Source: Candidatus Omnitrophota bacterium
Lineage (GTDB): Bacteria; Omnitrophota; Gorgyraeia; Gygaellales; Profunditerraquicolaceae
Length of the DNA stretch: 60,824 bases
Direction of reading: 5' to 3'
Assembly (NCBI GenBank): GCA_029571225.1
Contig: JAKPTF010000011.1
Span: forward strand, 1-60,824
Both the position numbers and the translations under genes were made by a program. Of the stretch, positions 39,366 through 48,608 are shown piece by piece. Each line of letters opens with the position of its first letter. Position 1 is the first letter of the stretch. The notes under the pieces are model-generated. The model worked only from the letters and a program-made list of their open reading frames with translations, was not told the origin of the DNA and did no database searches.

Positions 39366-39368
39366 GAT

Positions 39369-40175
39369 ATGTTCTTAAGGCGACTGATAAGCTCTGGGGT
39401 TTTGATAGGAGTATGTGCGGCTGCGCTTTTTTCCCGACCGGCATTGGTAGTCACGGTAATGACGGTGACGGTGCTCGGACTCTACGAATTCTTCACAATG
39501 CTCGAGAAAAAAGGCATCAGCATATTCAAGTATTTCGGCATCGGCATGGGCGCGGTCATTCCAGCGTCGATATTGTTCAAATTCGAACTGACCAGGGGAT
39601 GGGAGCTTTTGTTCATCGTAGTGGCACTTTTGTTTCTAATCATTATGCAGTTCAAACGCCGGGAGAACCGGGGGGCGGTGGTCGGGATCTCTACGACGAT
39701 CTTCGGTATCCTTTATGTAGCCTGGTTTTTCAGCTTCCTGGTCAGGATCAGGCTGCTGCCCGGAGGCACGGGGTATGTTATCGCGGTACTCATGATCACG
39801 AAGCTGGGGGATATCGGCGCATATCTGGTGGGGACCCGGTTCGGAAAGACCCCGCTAATCCCCCGGATCAGCCCGAAAAAATCCGTCGAGGGGGCTTTTG
39901 GGGGGCTTGCATTCAGCATCCTGGGCGCCATGCTGTCAAAACGGCTTATGCCGGAATCCTTTTCTTTCCTGCATCTTGCCCTGATCGGCGTATGTATGGG
40001 TATCCTCGCGCAGCTCGGTGACCTATCGGAATCACTCATCAAGCGGGATTGCGATATCAAGGATTCGTCTTCGGTAATCCCCGGCTTCGGCGGTATTCTG
40101 GATACCATAGACAGTCTTTTATTCACCGCACCGGTTTTTTATTTTTATATAACGCTTAAAACCTTCAATTTTTGA
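39369..40175 (+). CDS. cdsA: phosphatidate cytidylyltransferase (CDP-diglyceride synthase)
   Basis: 268 aa polytopic protein. C-terminal signature region SLIKRDCDIKDSSSVIPGFGGILDTIDS. Conserved position between uppS and dxr. Confidence 0.85.
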   Translation: MFLRRLISSGVLIGVCAAALFSRPALVVTVMTVTVLGLYEFFTMLEKKGISIFKYFGIGMGAVIPASILFKFELTRGWELLFIVVALLFLIIMQFKRRENRGAVVGISTTIFGILYVAWFFSFLVRIRLLPGGTGYVIAVLMITKLGDIGAYLVGTRFGKTPLIPRISPKKSVEGAFGGLAFSILGAMLSKRLMPESFSFLHLALIGVCMGILAQLGDLSESLIKRDCDIKDSSSVIPGFGGILDTIDSLLFTAPVFYFYITLKTFNF

Positions 40176-40176
40176 T

Positions 40177-41286
40177 ATGAAACGCATCGCAATTCTCGGC
40201 TCAACCGGTTCGATAGGCACCAACGCTCTGGAGGTCATCAAAAGCCATCCGGATGAATTCCGCGTGACGGCTTTAAGCGGATATTCCAATGTCCGCCTGC
40301 TTGATCGTCAGGTGCGCGCCTTCAGGCCGCAGCTGGTCAGCTCCGGCGATGATCCGGCAGCCCTGCGTCGGATATGCACCGACCGGCGGGTCGACCATGT
40401 GCTGATCGCAATCAGTGGCGCCGCGGCGCTTGATCCTTTGCTCTGGGCGATAGACGCCGGAAAAGAGATTTCCCTTGCGAACAAAGAATCGCTCGTCATG
40501 GCTGGGCCGCTCGTCATGGCGCGCGCCGAATCCAGAGGAGTAAAGATTATTCCAATCGACAGCGAGCAGTCGGCGATCTGGCAGTGCCTGGACAAGCAGG
40601 ACCGTAAGGCCGTCAAGAGGATATATCTCACTGCCTCCGGCGGGCCTTTCCGGGGTATGCCCCCTGCAAGAATGCGCGACATTTCGGTTCCCGACGCTTT
40701 AAAACACCCACGCTGGAAGATGGGCACGAAGATTACCATCGATTCAGCGACGCTCATGAACAAGGGGCTGGAGGTGATTGAGGCCATGCACCTGTTCGGC
40801 GTGCCCTGCGCGCGGATCAAGATCATCGTGCATCCTGAATCGGTTATCCATTCAATGGTCGAATTCATTGACGGATCGGTTATGGCTCAGCTGTCGGCAA
40901 CGGACATGCGCATACCGATCCAGTATGCTTTGTCATATCCGGTGCGGATACCGAGCAGCCTTTCTTCTGTGGATTTTGTGAAAACGGGGGCTTTGCATTT
41001 CGAGGAGCCGGACATGGACGCTTTTCCGTGCCTTGGGCTGGCTCTCCGCGCCGCGCGCACCGGCGGAACGATGCCGGCTGTCATGAACGCGGCAAACGAT
41101 GCGGCGGTAGAGGCGTTCTGCGGCAGACGGATCGCGTTTGTAGAAATCCCCGTTGTCATAAGGAGGGTCATGGAGGCGCATCGCGTGAAGGCCCGGCCGG
41201 ATCTCGATGATATCCGGGGCGCTGACGCGTGGGCGCGCAAGAAAGCTTCGCAAACTCTGGGAAAGGCGAAAACATGGATTTGTTGA
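40177..41286 (+). CDS. dxr: 1-deoxy-D-xylulose-5-phosphate reductoisomerase
   Basis: ILGSTGSIGT; LANKESLV; DSEQSAIWQ; NKGLEVIEA blocks. 369 aa. Confidence 0.92.
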   Translation: MKRIAILGSTGSIGTNALEVIKSHPDEFRVTALSGYSNVRLLDRQVRAFRPQLVSSGDDPAALRRICTDRRVDHVLIAISGAAALDPLLWAIDAGKEISLANKESLVMAGPLVMARAESRGVKIIPIDSEQSAIWQCLDKQDRKAVKRIYLTASGGPFRGMPPARMRDISVPDALKHPRWKMGTKITIDSATLMNKGLEVIEAMHLFGVPCARIKIIVHPESVIHSMVEFIDGSVMAQLSATDMRIPIQYALSYPVRIPSSLSSVDFVKTGALHFEEPDMDAFPCLGLALRAARTGGTMPAVMNAANDAAVEAFCGRRIAFVEIPVVIRRVMEAHRVKARPDLDDIRGADAWARKKASQTLGKAKTWIC

Positions 41287-42368
41287 TTTTTTTCTTGATA
41301 TTGAGCGTGTTGATCGTCGTGCATGAATTCGGCCATTTTATCGCCGCCAAGAAAGCGAAGGTGCGCGTCGAGGTGTTCTCTCTGGGTTTCGGAAAAAAGC
41401 TTTTAAGCCGCAGGAAAGGCGATACCGAATACGCCGTTTCGATGCTTCCGTTCGGCGGCTACGTGAAAATGGCCGGCGATAATACGGAAGAGGCAAAAGG
41501 CGCGGCCGATGAATTTCTCGCAGCGTCGATCGCCAGGCGGTTCTGCATTATTTTCTTCGGGCCTCTGTTCAATTATTTCCTTGGGATCCTGCTCTTCTGG
41601 GTCGTATTCACCTCAGGGTATCCCCGCCTCCTGCCGGCAGTCGGGACCGTCCTCGACGGAATGGGAGCCCAGGAAGCGGGAATCGTCTCCGGAGACATGA
41701 TCAGGGCTATCGAAGATACGCCTGTCAGGTACTGGGACGACCTTCAGCAGCAGGTGTACCGTCACAGGTCGAAAGACGCGGTCCGCGTTTCGGTCGAACG
41801 CGGGGGGCAGCAGAAATCGTTCGACGTGCGGTTGAAGCGGCAGACGGTCACCTCCGGGACGGGCCGCAGGCGTACCCTTGGGCTCCTGGGAGTGACCCCT
41901 GCGGGCGATACAGTTGTCGTGAAGGCCAACCCAGCCATCGCTTTCGTCATGAGCGTGCAGCGCAGCTATGACCTTACTGTGCTGACGTACCAGGCGCTCT
42001 GGTCAATGGCGACCGGGCAATTATCCGTCAGGGATTCTGTGACCGGGCCTTTGGGGATGTTTGTTATCACCTCGGAGATGTCGAGGCTTGGTATCTCTGC
42101 GCTGTTGAGCTTCATTGCGATCCTGAGCATCAGCCTGGGGATATTCAATCTCCTGCCGCTGCCCGCCCTTGACGGGGGGCATCTGGTACTGCTTGCTCTA
42201 GAGAAAATCAGGCGCAGGCCTTTAAGCAAAAAGGCGGAAGAGGCATTCAATCAGGTCGGTTTCGGTTTTCTGATCCTGCTGGCCGCACTGGTTTTTATCA
42301 ATGATCTGGCGAAGTTCGGCTATATCCAGAAAGCCCAGGGCATATATCACAGGTTTTTTACAAGATGA
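41274..42368 (+). CDS. rseP: RIP (site-2) zinc metalloprotease
   Basis: HEFGH near the N-terminus; central PDZ-like region; NLLPLPALDGG. Start taken at the ATG at 41274 (MDLLIFF), overlapping dxr by 13 nt. Confidence 0.9.
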   Translation: MDLLIFFLILSVLIVVHEFGHFIAAKKAKVRVEVFSLGFGKKLLSRRKGDTEYAVSMLPFGGYVKMAGDNTEEAKGAADEFLAASIARRFCIIFFGPLFNYFLGILLFWVVFTSGYPRLLPAVGTVLDGMGAQEAGIVSGDMIRAIEDTPVRYWDDLQQQVYRHRSKDAVRVSVERGGQQKSFDVRLKRQTVTSGTGRRRTLGLLGVTPAGDTVVVKANPAIAFVMSVQRSYDLTVLTYQALWSMATGQLSVRDSVTGPLGMFVITSEMSRLGISALLSFIAILSISLGIFNLLPLPALDGGHLVLLALEKIRRRPLSKKAEEAFNQVGFGFLILLAALVFINDLAKFGYIQKAQGIYHRFFTR

Positions 42369-43426
42369 AAAGGCGCAGAGCGCGGGTCATACGGATTGGG
42401 CAGGTGCCAATCGGCGGGGAATATCCCGTTGCCATCCAGTCAATGGCAAAGGCGAAAACCTCCGATGTGCGGCGCGTAATACCGCAGATCAGGGCGCTTG
42501 AAACAGCCGGCTGCGAGATCATCAGGGTGGCGGTCAGGGACACCGCAGATGCGAACGCCATAGCCCGGATCAAAAAAGAGATTTCGATACCGCTGGTTGC
42601 CGATATACATTTCGACTATCGTCTTGCTCTGGCGGCAATTGCCTCAGGCTCGGATAAGATCCGCCTTAACCCGGGGAACATCTTTAAGCCTGCCCATATC
42701 AGGGAAGTTGCGGCTGCGGCCCTGGATAAAGGCATACCCATACGGGTCGGGCTTAATTCGGGCTCTGTGCGCGGGTCAGGGGATACGGTCAAACTCATGG
42801 TGACCGCTGCGCTGGCGTACGTCAGGCAACTGGAACGCTGGGGGTTCCATGACATTGTGCTTTCTCTTAAGGCGAATGACGCAGGCGGCACAATTGCCGC
42901 GTATCGGGCAATAGCAGGCCGGTGCGATTATCCGCTGCACCTTGGCGTGACGGCTACGGGCCTGCCGTTCGAGGGCATGATCAAATCGTGCGTCGCGCTG
43001 GGCTCGCTCCTGATCGACGGCATAGGAGATACGATCAGGATTTCGCTGACGGATAGACCTCAACATGAGGTGCGCGTTGCCAGAGCATTGCTGTCGTCTC
43101 TGGGCCTGCGTAATTTCGGGCCCTCGATCATCAGCTGCCCGACCTGCGGCAGATGCGAAGTTGACCTGATTTCAATAGTCAGGGACCTTGAACGCAGGCT
43201 GTCAGGCAGTCAAGCGCAGTCAACCCGGCGGGGAAGGCCTTTGACCGTCGCGGTTATGGGTTGCGTTGTCAACGGCCCGGGCGAGGCGCGCCATGCCGAC
43301 ATAGGCATAGCTTTTGGCAGGGGCACAGGGCTTTTGTTTAAAAAAGGCAGGCCCGTCAGGAAGGTCGCGGCGAAAGACAGCGTTACGATCCTCTTGGATG
43401 AAATCCGGGCATCAGAACGGAGATAG
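42365..43426 (+). CDS. ispG: 4-hydroxy-3-methylbut-2-en-1-yl diphosphate synthase
   Basis: 353 aa. VAVRD..., PLVADIHF, CPTCGRC and GCVVNGPGE cluster ligands. ATGA overlap with rseP. Confidence 0.92.
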   Translation: MKRRRARVIRIGQVPIGGEYPVAIQSMAKAKTSDVRRVIPQIRALETAGCEIIRVAVRDTADANAIARIKKEISIPLVADIHFDYRLALAAIASGSDKIRLNPGNIFKPAHIREVAAAALDKGIPIRVGLNSGSVRGSGDTVKLMVTAALAYVRQLERWGFHDIVLSLKANDAGGTIAAYRAIAGRCDYPLHLGVTATGLPFEGMIKSCVALGSLLIDGIGDTIRISLTDRPQHEVRVARALLSSLGLRNFGPSIISCPTCGRCEVDLISIVRDLERRLSGSQAQSTRRGRPLTVAVMGCVVNGPGEARHADIGIAFGRGTGLLFKKGRPVRKVAAKDSVTILLDEIRASERR

Positions 43427-43429
43427 AAA

Positions 43430-44677
43430 ATGTACTGGACAAAATATTTCATCCCTACTTTGAAAGAAACCCCGCAGGAAGCGGAATCGGTCAGCCATCA
43501 GCTCATGCTGCGCGCCGGCCTGATCCGTATGCTGATGGCAGGGGTATATTCTTATCTGCCGCTTGGCTTGCGCGTCCTCAATAATATTCAGACAATAATC
43601 CGCCAGGAGATGAACGCCGGAGGCGCTCATGAACTTCTACTGCCGGCCTTGCAGCCCGTGGAACTATGGCAGAAGACAGGAAGGGATAAGACGATAGCGG
43701 ACGTAATGCTGCGCTTTACCGATCGCAAAGGCAGGAATGTTTGCCTGGGCCCGACGCATGAAGAGGTTATCACCGACCTGGTCGCAGACCATATCTCTTC
43801 CTACAAACAGATGCCTCTTATCCTCTACCAGATCCAGACAAAGTTCCGCGACGAGATGCGGCCGCGCTTCGGCCTTGTGCGTTGTTGCGAGTTCATCATG
43901 AAGGATGCCTATAGTTTCGATGCCGACGAGGCAGGGCTCGATTCAAGTTACCGGGTAATGCATGAAGCGTATATGAGGATATTCAAGCGGCTCGGACTGT
44001 CGTGCCTTGCCGTCGAAGCTGATTCGGGAGTTATGGGCGGCAATGTTTCCCATGAGTTTATGGTTCCTGCCGCGTGCGGAGAAGATCTTGTTTTCGTTTG
44101 CTCCGGGTGCAAGGAGCCAAGACCTTATAAGGAAGGCGTTGACCCCGTATGCCCGAAATGCAAGGGGCCTCTGGAGCGGGTCAATACCATTGAGGTCGGC
44201 CATATATTCAAGCTCGGCACCAAGTATACGTCCATGCTCAACGCCAATTATCTTAACGCCAAAGGCCAGAGCCTTCCGATCGTTATGGGATGTTACGGCA
44301 TAGGCGTGTCCCGGCTTATAGCGACCGTCATCGAGCAGAATCATGACGATAAGGGGATCATATGGCCGAAGGAAGTGGCGCCTTTTGACATCGTTATCAG
44401 CCCGCTTGACGTTACCAATGCCTCCGTTGTGGCTAAGGCAAAGGAATTGCACGATACCTTTGAAGACAGGGGATATAAGGTGCTCCTTGATGACCGCGAT
44501 GAACGCGCCGGGGTCAAGTTCAAAGACGCCGAATTGATCGGCATCCCGGCACAGATCGTCATCGGCCGGGATTTTATAGCCAACGGCACCCTTGAATATA
44601 AAAACCGCCGGACAGGCGGCAAGACCGTGGATACGCCTTCAGCAATCCTTGCGCTTCTCAAGGAGAGCATAAAATGA
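43430..44677 (+). CDS. proS: prolyl-tRNA synthetase, bacterial-type core without the INS editing domain
   Basis: 415 aa. Motif 2 FRDEMRPRFGLVRCCEFIMKDAYSF; motif 3 GCYGIGVSRLIA; C-terminal anticodon-binding domain. A CSGC...CPKC segment (nt 44099-44161) sits where INS normally is. Confidence 0.88.
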   Translation: MYWTKYFIPTLKETPQEAESVSHQLMLRAGLIRMLMAGVYSYLPLGLRVLNNIQTIIRQEMNAGGAHELLLPALQPVELWQKTGRDKTIADVMLRFTDRKGRNVCLGPTHEEVITDLVADHISSYKQMPLILYQIQTKFRDEMRPRFGLVRCCEFIMKDAYSFDADEAGLDSSYRVMHEAYMRIFKRLGLSCLAVEADSGVMGGNVSHEFMVPAACGEDLVFVCSGCKEPRPYKEGVDPVCPKCKGPLERVNTIEVGHIFKLGTKYTSMLNANYLNAKGQSLPIVMGCYGIGVSRLIATVIEQNHDDKGIIWPKEVAPFDIVISPLDVTNASVVAKAKELHDTFEDRGYKVLLDDRDERAGVKFKDAELIGIPAQIVIGRDFIANGTLEYKNRRTGGKTVDTPSAILALLKESIK

Positions 44678-45135
44678 GCAATGAGCGGTTCATCGCCGAG
44701 CTTGAAAAGATCATAGGCGATTTTCTCAATGAGCGGGGTATGGACCTGGTTGAATTGGCGTACAGATTTGAAGGCCAGGGGCTTGTCCTGCGCGTTATGG
44801 CGGATTATCCGCAGGGAGGCATTACCATGGGAGAATGCAGCCTTTTGAACCGCCAGATCGGAGATATGCTGGAAGAGATGCAGGCGATCGAGGGCAGTTA
44901 TATCCTTGAGGTATGTTCGCCCGGGCTTGACCGGCCGCTTCGCACAGGCAGAGATTTCAGACGGTGCCTGTCCAGGGCCGTAAAGTGCTTCCTTAAAGAG
45001 CCGATCAATGGTAAAATAGAATGGGATGGAGTGATCGCAGACGTATCCGATACCCTGGTCGTCCTGAAGACCTGCCAGGGTAGCATGGATATCCCGTTAG
45101 ACAAGATCAACAAGGCAAAACAGATCATCGGATAA
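44674..45135 (+). CDS. rimP: ribosome maturation factor RimP
   Basis: 153 aa. LEVCSPGLDRPL block. Conserved position upstream of nusA. Confidence 0.88.
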   Translation: MSNERFIAELEKIIGDFLNERGMDLVELAYRFEGQGLVLRVMADYPQGGITMGECSLLNRQIGDMLEEMQAIEGSYILEVCSPGLDRPLRTGRDFRRCLSRAVKCFLKEPINGKIEWDGVIADVSDTLVVLKTCQGSMDIPLDKINKAKQIIG

Positions 45136-45157
45136 AGATACAGGAAAGGGAACATTT

Positions 45158-46357
45158 ATGTCAAAAGAACTGCTGGATATCATCGAACAGATAGAGAGGG
45201 AAAAGGGCATAAAAAAAGAGGTCCTTATTCAGGCTGTCGAATCGGCCCTGTTGAGCGCGGTCAAGCGCGTCATTGACATAAAACCCAATGAAGAGCTTGA
45301 AGTTAAGCTTGACCCCGAAAGCGGCCTGATTACCGCCTTCCGCAACAAGGAAGAGATAACTAACGTTGATTTCGGAAGGATAGCCGCATCGGCCGCCCGT
45401 CAGGTTATCATCCAGAAGATTCGCGAGGCGGAGAAGGATGTCGTTTACGGCGAGTTCCAGGGCAAGGTCGGAGAGATTATCAGCGGCACCGTGTACCGTT
45501 TTGAAAAGGGCAATATCGTGGTCGATTTGCTCGGGAAGGCCGAAGGGCTTCTGCCCAAGATGGAACAGTCCCCCAAGGAAGAGTTCAAACAGGGACAACG
45601 CATCAGGGCCATGATCCTGGAGGTCAAAAAAGACAATAAGGGAGCGCAGATCATCCTTACGCGCAGGCATCAGAACCTCGTGAAAAAACTCTTTGAACTT
45701 GAGGTCCCCGAGATATATGAGGGGATAGTGGAGATAAAGTCCATCTCGCGCCAGCCTGGCGAACGCACCAAGATCGCTGTGTGGTCGAAAGACGAGAAGG
45801 TCGATTCTGTCGGAGCATGCGTGGGTATGCGCGGCGGCAGGGTGAAGAACATCGTCACCGAACTGTCTGGCGAGAAAATCGATATCGTCAGGTATAACGA
45901 CGATATCAGGGAATATATCAAGGCCGCGCTCCTGCCTGCCGAGGTCGGAGAGATTAAACTGGATAAGGCGACTAAGCGCGCGGAGGTGATCGTAGCCGAT
46001 GACCAGCTTTCGCTGGCGATAGGCAAGCACGGGCAGAACGTCCGCCTTGCGTCGAAATTAGTCGGCTGGGAGCTCGATGTCAGGACTAAAGCGGCGATCG
46101 CAGCTGCACTGCTTGAGGCTGCAACAGCCCAGGAGGCTGCAGCACAGCCGCAATCTTCCGAAGAAGCGCAAACCGGTTCTCTGGAACAATTACCCGGCGT
46201 GGGGGAAAAAACGCTGGCTGTCCTTACCGAAGCCGGGTTCAAATCTCTTGACGATATCGCCAACGCCGATATCGAGGCACTTACCAAAGTCAAAGGTATC
46301 GGCGATAAGAAAGCCGAAAAGCTGATCAACGAAGCCAAGAAAGTGCTGGGGAAGTGA
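45158..46357 (+). CDS. nusA: transcription termination/antitermination factor NusA
   Basis: 399 aa. N-domain, S1, two KH modules (GACVGMRGGRVKNI, AIGKHGQNVRLASKL) and a C-terminal HhH (LPGVGEKT). Confidence 0.95.
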   Translation: MSKELLDIIEQIEREKGIKKEVLIQAVESALLSAVKRVIDIKPNEELEVKLDPESGLITAFRNKEEITNVDFGRIAASAARQVIIQKIREAEKDVVYGEFQGKVGEIISGTVYRFEKGNIVVDLLGKAEGLLPKMEQSPKEEFKQGQRIRAMILEVKKDNKGAQIILTRRHQNLVKKLFELEVPEIYEGIVEIKSISRQPGERTKIAVWSKDEKVDSVGACVGMRGGRVKNIVTELSGEKIDIVRYNDDIREYIKAALLPAEVGEIKLDKATKRAEVIVADDQLSLAIGKHGQNVRLASKLVGWELDVRTKAAIAAALLEAATAQEAAAQPQSSEEAQTGSLEQLPGVGEKTLAVLTEAGFKSLDDIANADIEALTKVKGIGDKKAEKLINEAKKVLGK

Positions 46358-46359
46358 AC

Positions 46360-48603
46360 ATGGAAAAGATAAAAAAAGCCAAGACCGCAGAGAAACCGAA
46401 GATAAAAAAAGCCAAAGCCGTAGACAAAACACAGCCTAAAACCCCGAAGCCGGCGGCAAAGGCGAAGACCGTTGCCCATCGCGCTCCGGCTGCAAAAACA
46501 AAGAAAGCCGCCGTCCATAAAAAGGGGAAGGCTCATCCCGTTGCCGAAGAAAAGATTTTGCATGCCTCTGTCGCCGCTCAGGCCCATGCGGCAGTTCACG
46601 CGCCCGAAGCCCATAAACATAAACCGGCAGCTGAGACGGTGAAAAAGACGGTAAAGAGGGAACCGGCTGCAAAGGAGAAAGAGATCGTCACCCCGGTAAA
46701 AAAGGCTCTGGCTTTAGAGCCTGAGGTTAAAGATAAGACGGTCCATCAGCCAGTTCCCCTCAAGGAAGAGGCAAGGCACGCCCCTGAGGTGAAACCGGAG
46801 CCTGCCGTGAAAGCGCCTGCTCCCCCAGCCGCAGTCCCACCGAGGCAGCTCAAGGACCTGGAGATTGAATACCCGATCACTGTCAAGGACCTGGCAGTCA
46901 GGTTACAGCTTAAGTCATCCGTATTGATCATGGAATTGATGGCGCGCAGGGTCATGGCAGGACTGAATCAAAATGTCGATCCTGCGGTTGTCGCTGCGGT
47001 CGCAGAGAAATACGGTTACCGCATCGTCGAAGCGCCGACAAAAGAGGAAGCGGCGCTGAGCATCCATGAAGAGAAAGACGCACAGAGTGACCTGAAGCCG
47101 CGAGCGCCAATCGTCACGATCATGGGCCATGTCGATCACGGAAAGACATCAATCCTCGATGCCATCAGGAAATCCAAAGTAGCCGATTCCGAATTCGGCG
47201 GCATCACCCAGCACATGGGCGCTTACCGGGTCAAATTGCCTCAGGGAGAGATTACGTTCCTCGATACGCCGGGCCACGAGGCCTTTACCGCTATGCGCGC
47301 CAGAGGCGCCAGCGTCACGGATATCGTTGTCCTCGTAGTTGCCGCTGACGACGGGGTCATGCCCCAGACGCGCGAGGCCATAGACCATGCGAAAGCGGCC
47401 GGAGTGTCCATCATCGTTGCCTTGAACAAAATCGATAAGCCGCAGGCAGACCCTGACCGGGTTAAGAAACAGCTGGGCGAGTTCGGACTGGTTCCCGAGG
47501 AATGGGGCGGCAAGACCATCACCATCCCCGTGTCGGCTAAAACCGGCCAGGGCATCAATGAACTGCTTGAAATGATTCTGCTTGAGGCCCAGATGCTCGA
47601 ACTGAAAGCTAATCCGGCGCGCCTCGGCAGGGGAGTTGTTATCGAATCTAAGCTGGTCAAGAACCGCGGGCCGGTGGCTACGCTGCTCGTCCAGAACGGC
47701 ACACTCCATCTCAACGACAATATAATAGCGGGCCGGTTCTACGGCAAGGTCCGTGCGATGTTCGATGACCGGGGCCATGCTGTGACCGAGGTCGGGCCTT
47801 CGTGTCCCGTCGAAGTGCTCGGCATCACAGGGGTCCCCGATGCGGGAGAAAAGTTCTTTTCTATCTCTGACGAAAAAACCGCCAAGGAGCTGGCGCTTGC
47901 CCGGCAGGAACAGGCTAAACAGCATGCCATGCAGCCGATCAAGCGCATGGGGCTCGAGGATCTGTACGCGCAGATCAAGGAAGGCAAACTCAAGGAGCTT
48001 AATCTTATCCTCAAAAGCGATGCCCAGGGTTCGGCCGAGGCGATCAAGGAGGCGCTCGCCAAGATCCAGTCCGACGAGGTGCAGTTGAACATCCTGCATG
48101 AGGGGATCGGCAATGTCACGTCCTCCGATGTCATCCTGGCTGTCGCGTCTAACGCTCTTATCCTCGGATTCAATGTCGTCGTAGACGATGCGGCAAAGGA
48201 CCTGATCAGCCGGGAAGGCCAGGACGTGAGGATCTATAACGTCATTTATGAGCTCGTCAATGACATACGCGCGGCGCTCGAAGGGATGCTAGCCCCGAAA
48301 TTAAAGAAGGTGTTCGTCGGCCGCGCAGACATAAAGAAGGTTTTCCGCCTCTCAAGCGGGACCATCGCGGGATGCCTTGTAGCCAAGGGCAAAATCAACC
48401 GCCATAATCCCGTTTCCGTCGTCAGGAACGGCCGCCCGGTGTTCGAGGGCGAGCTGGCCACACTGAAGCGTTTCAAAGACGACGTGCGCGAGGTGGAAGA
48501 GGGGTATGAATGCGGCATGACCTTCAAGGGTTTCAACGATGTGATGGTAGGGGATGTAGTCGAGGTCTATAAGATCGAGAAAATAGCCAGGACGCTCGAA
48601 TAA
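46360..48603 (+). CDS. infB: translation initiation factor IF-2
   Basis: K/A/P-rich N-terminus; G domain [18 protein letters not shown]; conserved C-terminal domains. ATG at 46360 (the track uses a GTG 6 nt upstream that overlaps the nusA stop). Confidence 0.95.
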   Translation: MEKIKKAKTAEKPKIKKAKAVDKTQPKTPKPAAKAKTVAHRAPAAKTKKAAVHKKGKAHPVAEEKILHASVAAQAHAAVHAPEAHKHKPAAETVKKTVKREPAAKEKEIVTPVKKALALEPEVKDKTVHQPVPLKEEARHAPEVKPEPAVKAPAPPAAVPPRQLKDLEIEYPITVKDLAVRLQLKSSVLIMELMARRVMAGLNQNVDPAVVAAVAEKYGYRIVEAPTKEEAALSIHEEKDAQSDLKPRAPIVTIMGHVDHGKTSILDAIRKSKVADSEFGGITQHMGAYRVKLPQGEITFLDTPGHEAFTAMRARGASVTDIVVLVVAADDGVMPQTREAIDHAKAAGVSIIVALNKIDKPQADPDRVKKQLGEFGLVPEEWGGKTITIPVSAKTGQGINELLEMILLEAQMLELKANPARLGRGVVIESKLVKNRGPVATLLVQNGTLHLNDNIIAGRFYGKVRAMFDDRGHAVTEVGPSCPVEVLGITGVPDAGEKFFSISDEKTAKELALARQEQAKQHAMQPIKRMGLEDLYAQIKEGKLKELNLILKSDAQGSAEAIKEALAKIQSDEVQLNILHEGIGNVTSSDVILAVASNALILGFNVVVDDAAKDLISREGQDVRIYNVIYELVNDIRAALEGMLAPKLKKVFVGRADIKKVFRLSSGTIAGCLVAKGKINRHNPVSVVRNGRPVFEGELATLKRFKDDVREVEEGYECGMTFKGFNDVMVGDVVEVYKIEKIARTLE

Positions 48604-48608
48604 ATAAT

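Noticed and set aside
39413-40021. 202-aa alternative-frame ORF inside cdsA. Other same-strand out-of-frame ORFs were also considered, for example 7356-7679, 13835-14197, 31287-31604 and 54014-54448.
   Set aside because: They overlap well-supported genes in another frame, have an R/G/H-rich composition and show no motifs or independent translation signals.
40558-40572. dxr reads DSEQSAIWQ where E. coli has DSEHNAIFQ (His to Gln next to the metal-binding Asp/Glu).
   Set aside because: The metal ligands themselves (D and E) are present, and I am not certain that this His is invariant across DXR. The evidence is too weak to report as a finding.
46360-46900. Repetitive AAAAAAGCCAA / GCCGAAG-type DNA at the 5' end of infB. 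I considered it as a tandem repeat or array.
   Set aside because: The repeats are short and imperfect, and they lie in frame. They encode the Lys/Ala/Pro-rich N-terminal region typical of IF-2. There is no spacer/repeat periodicity.
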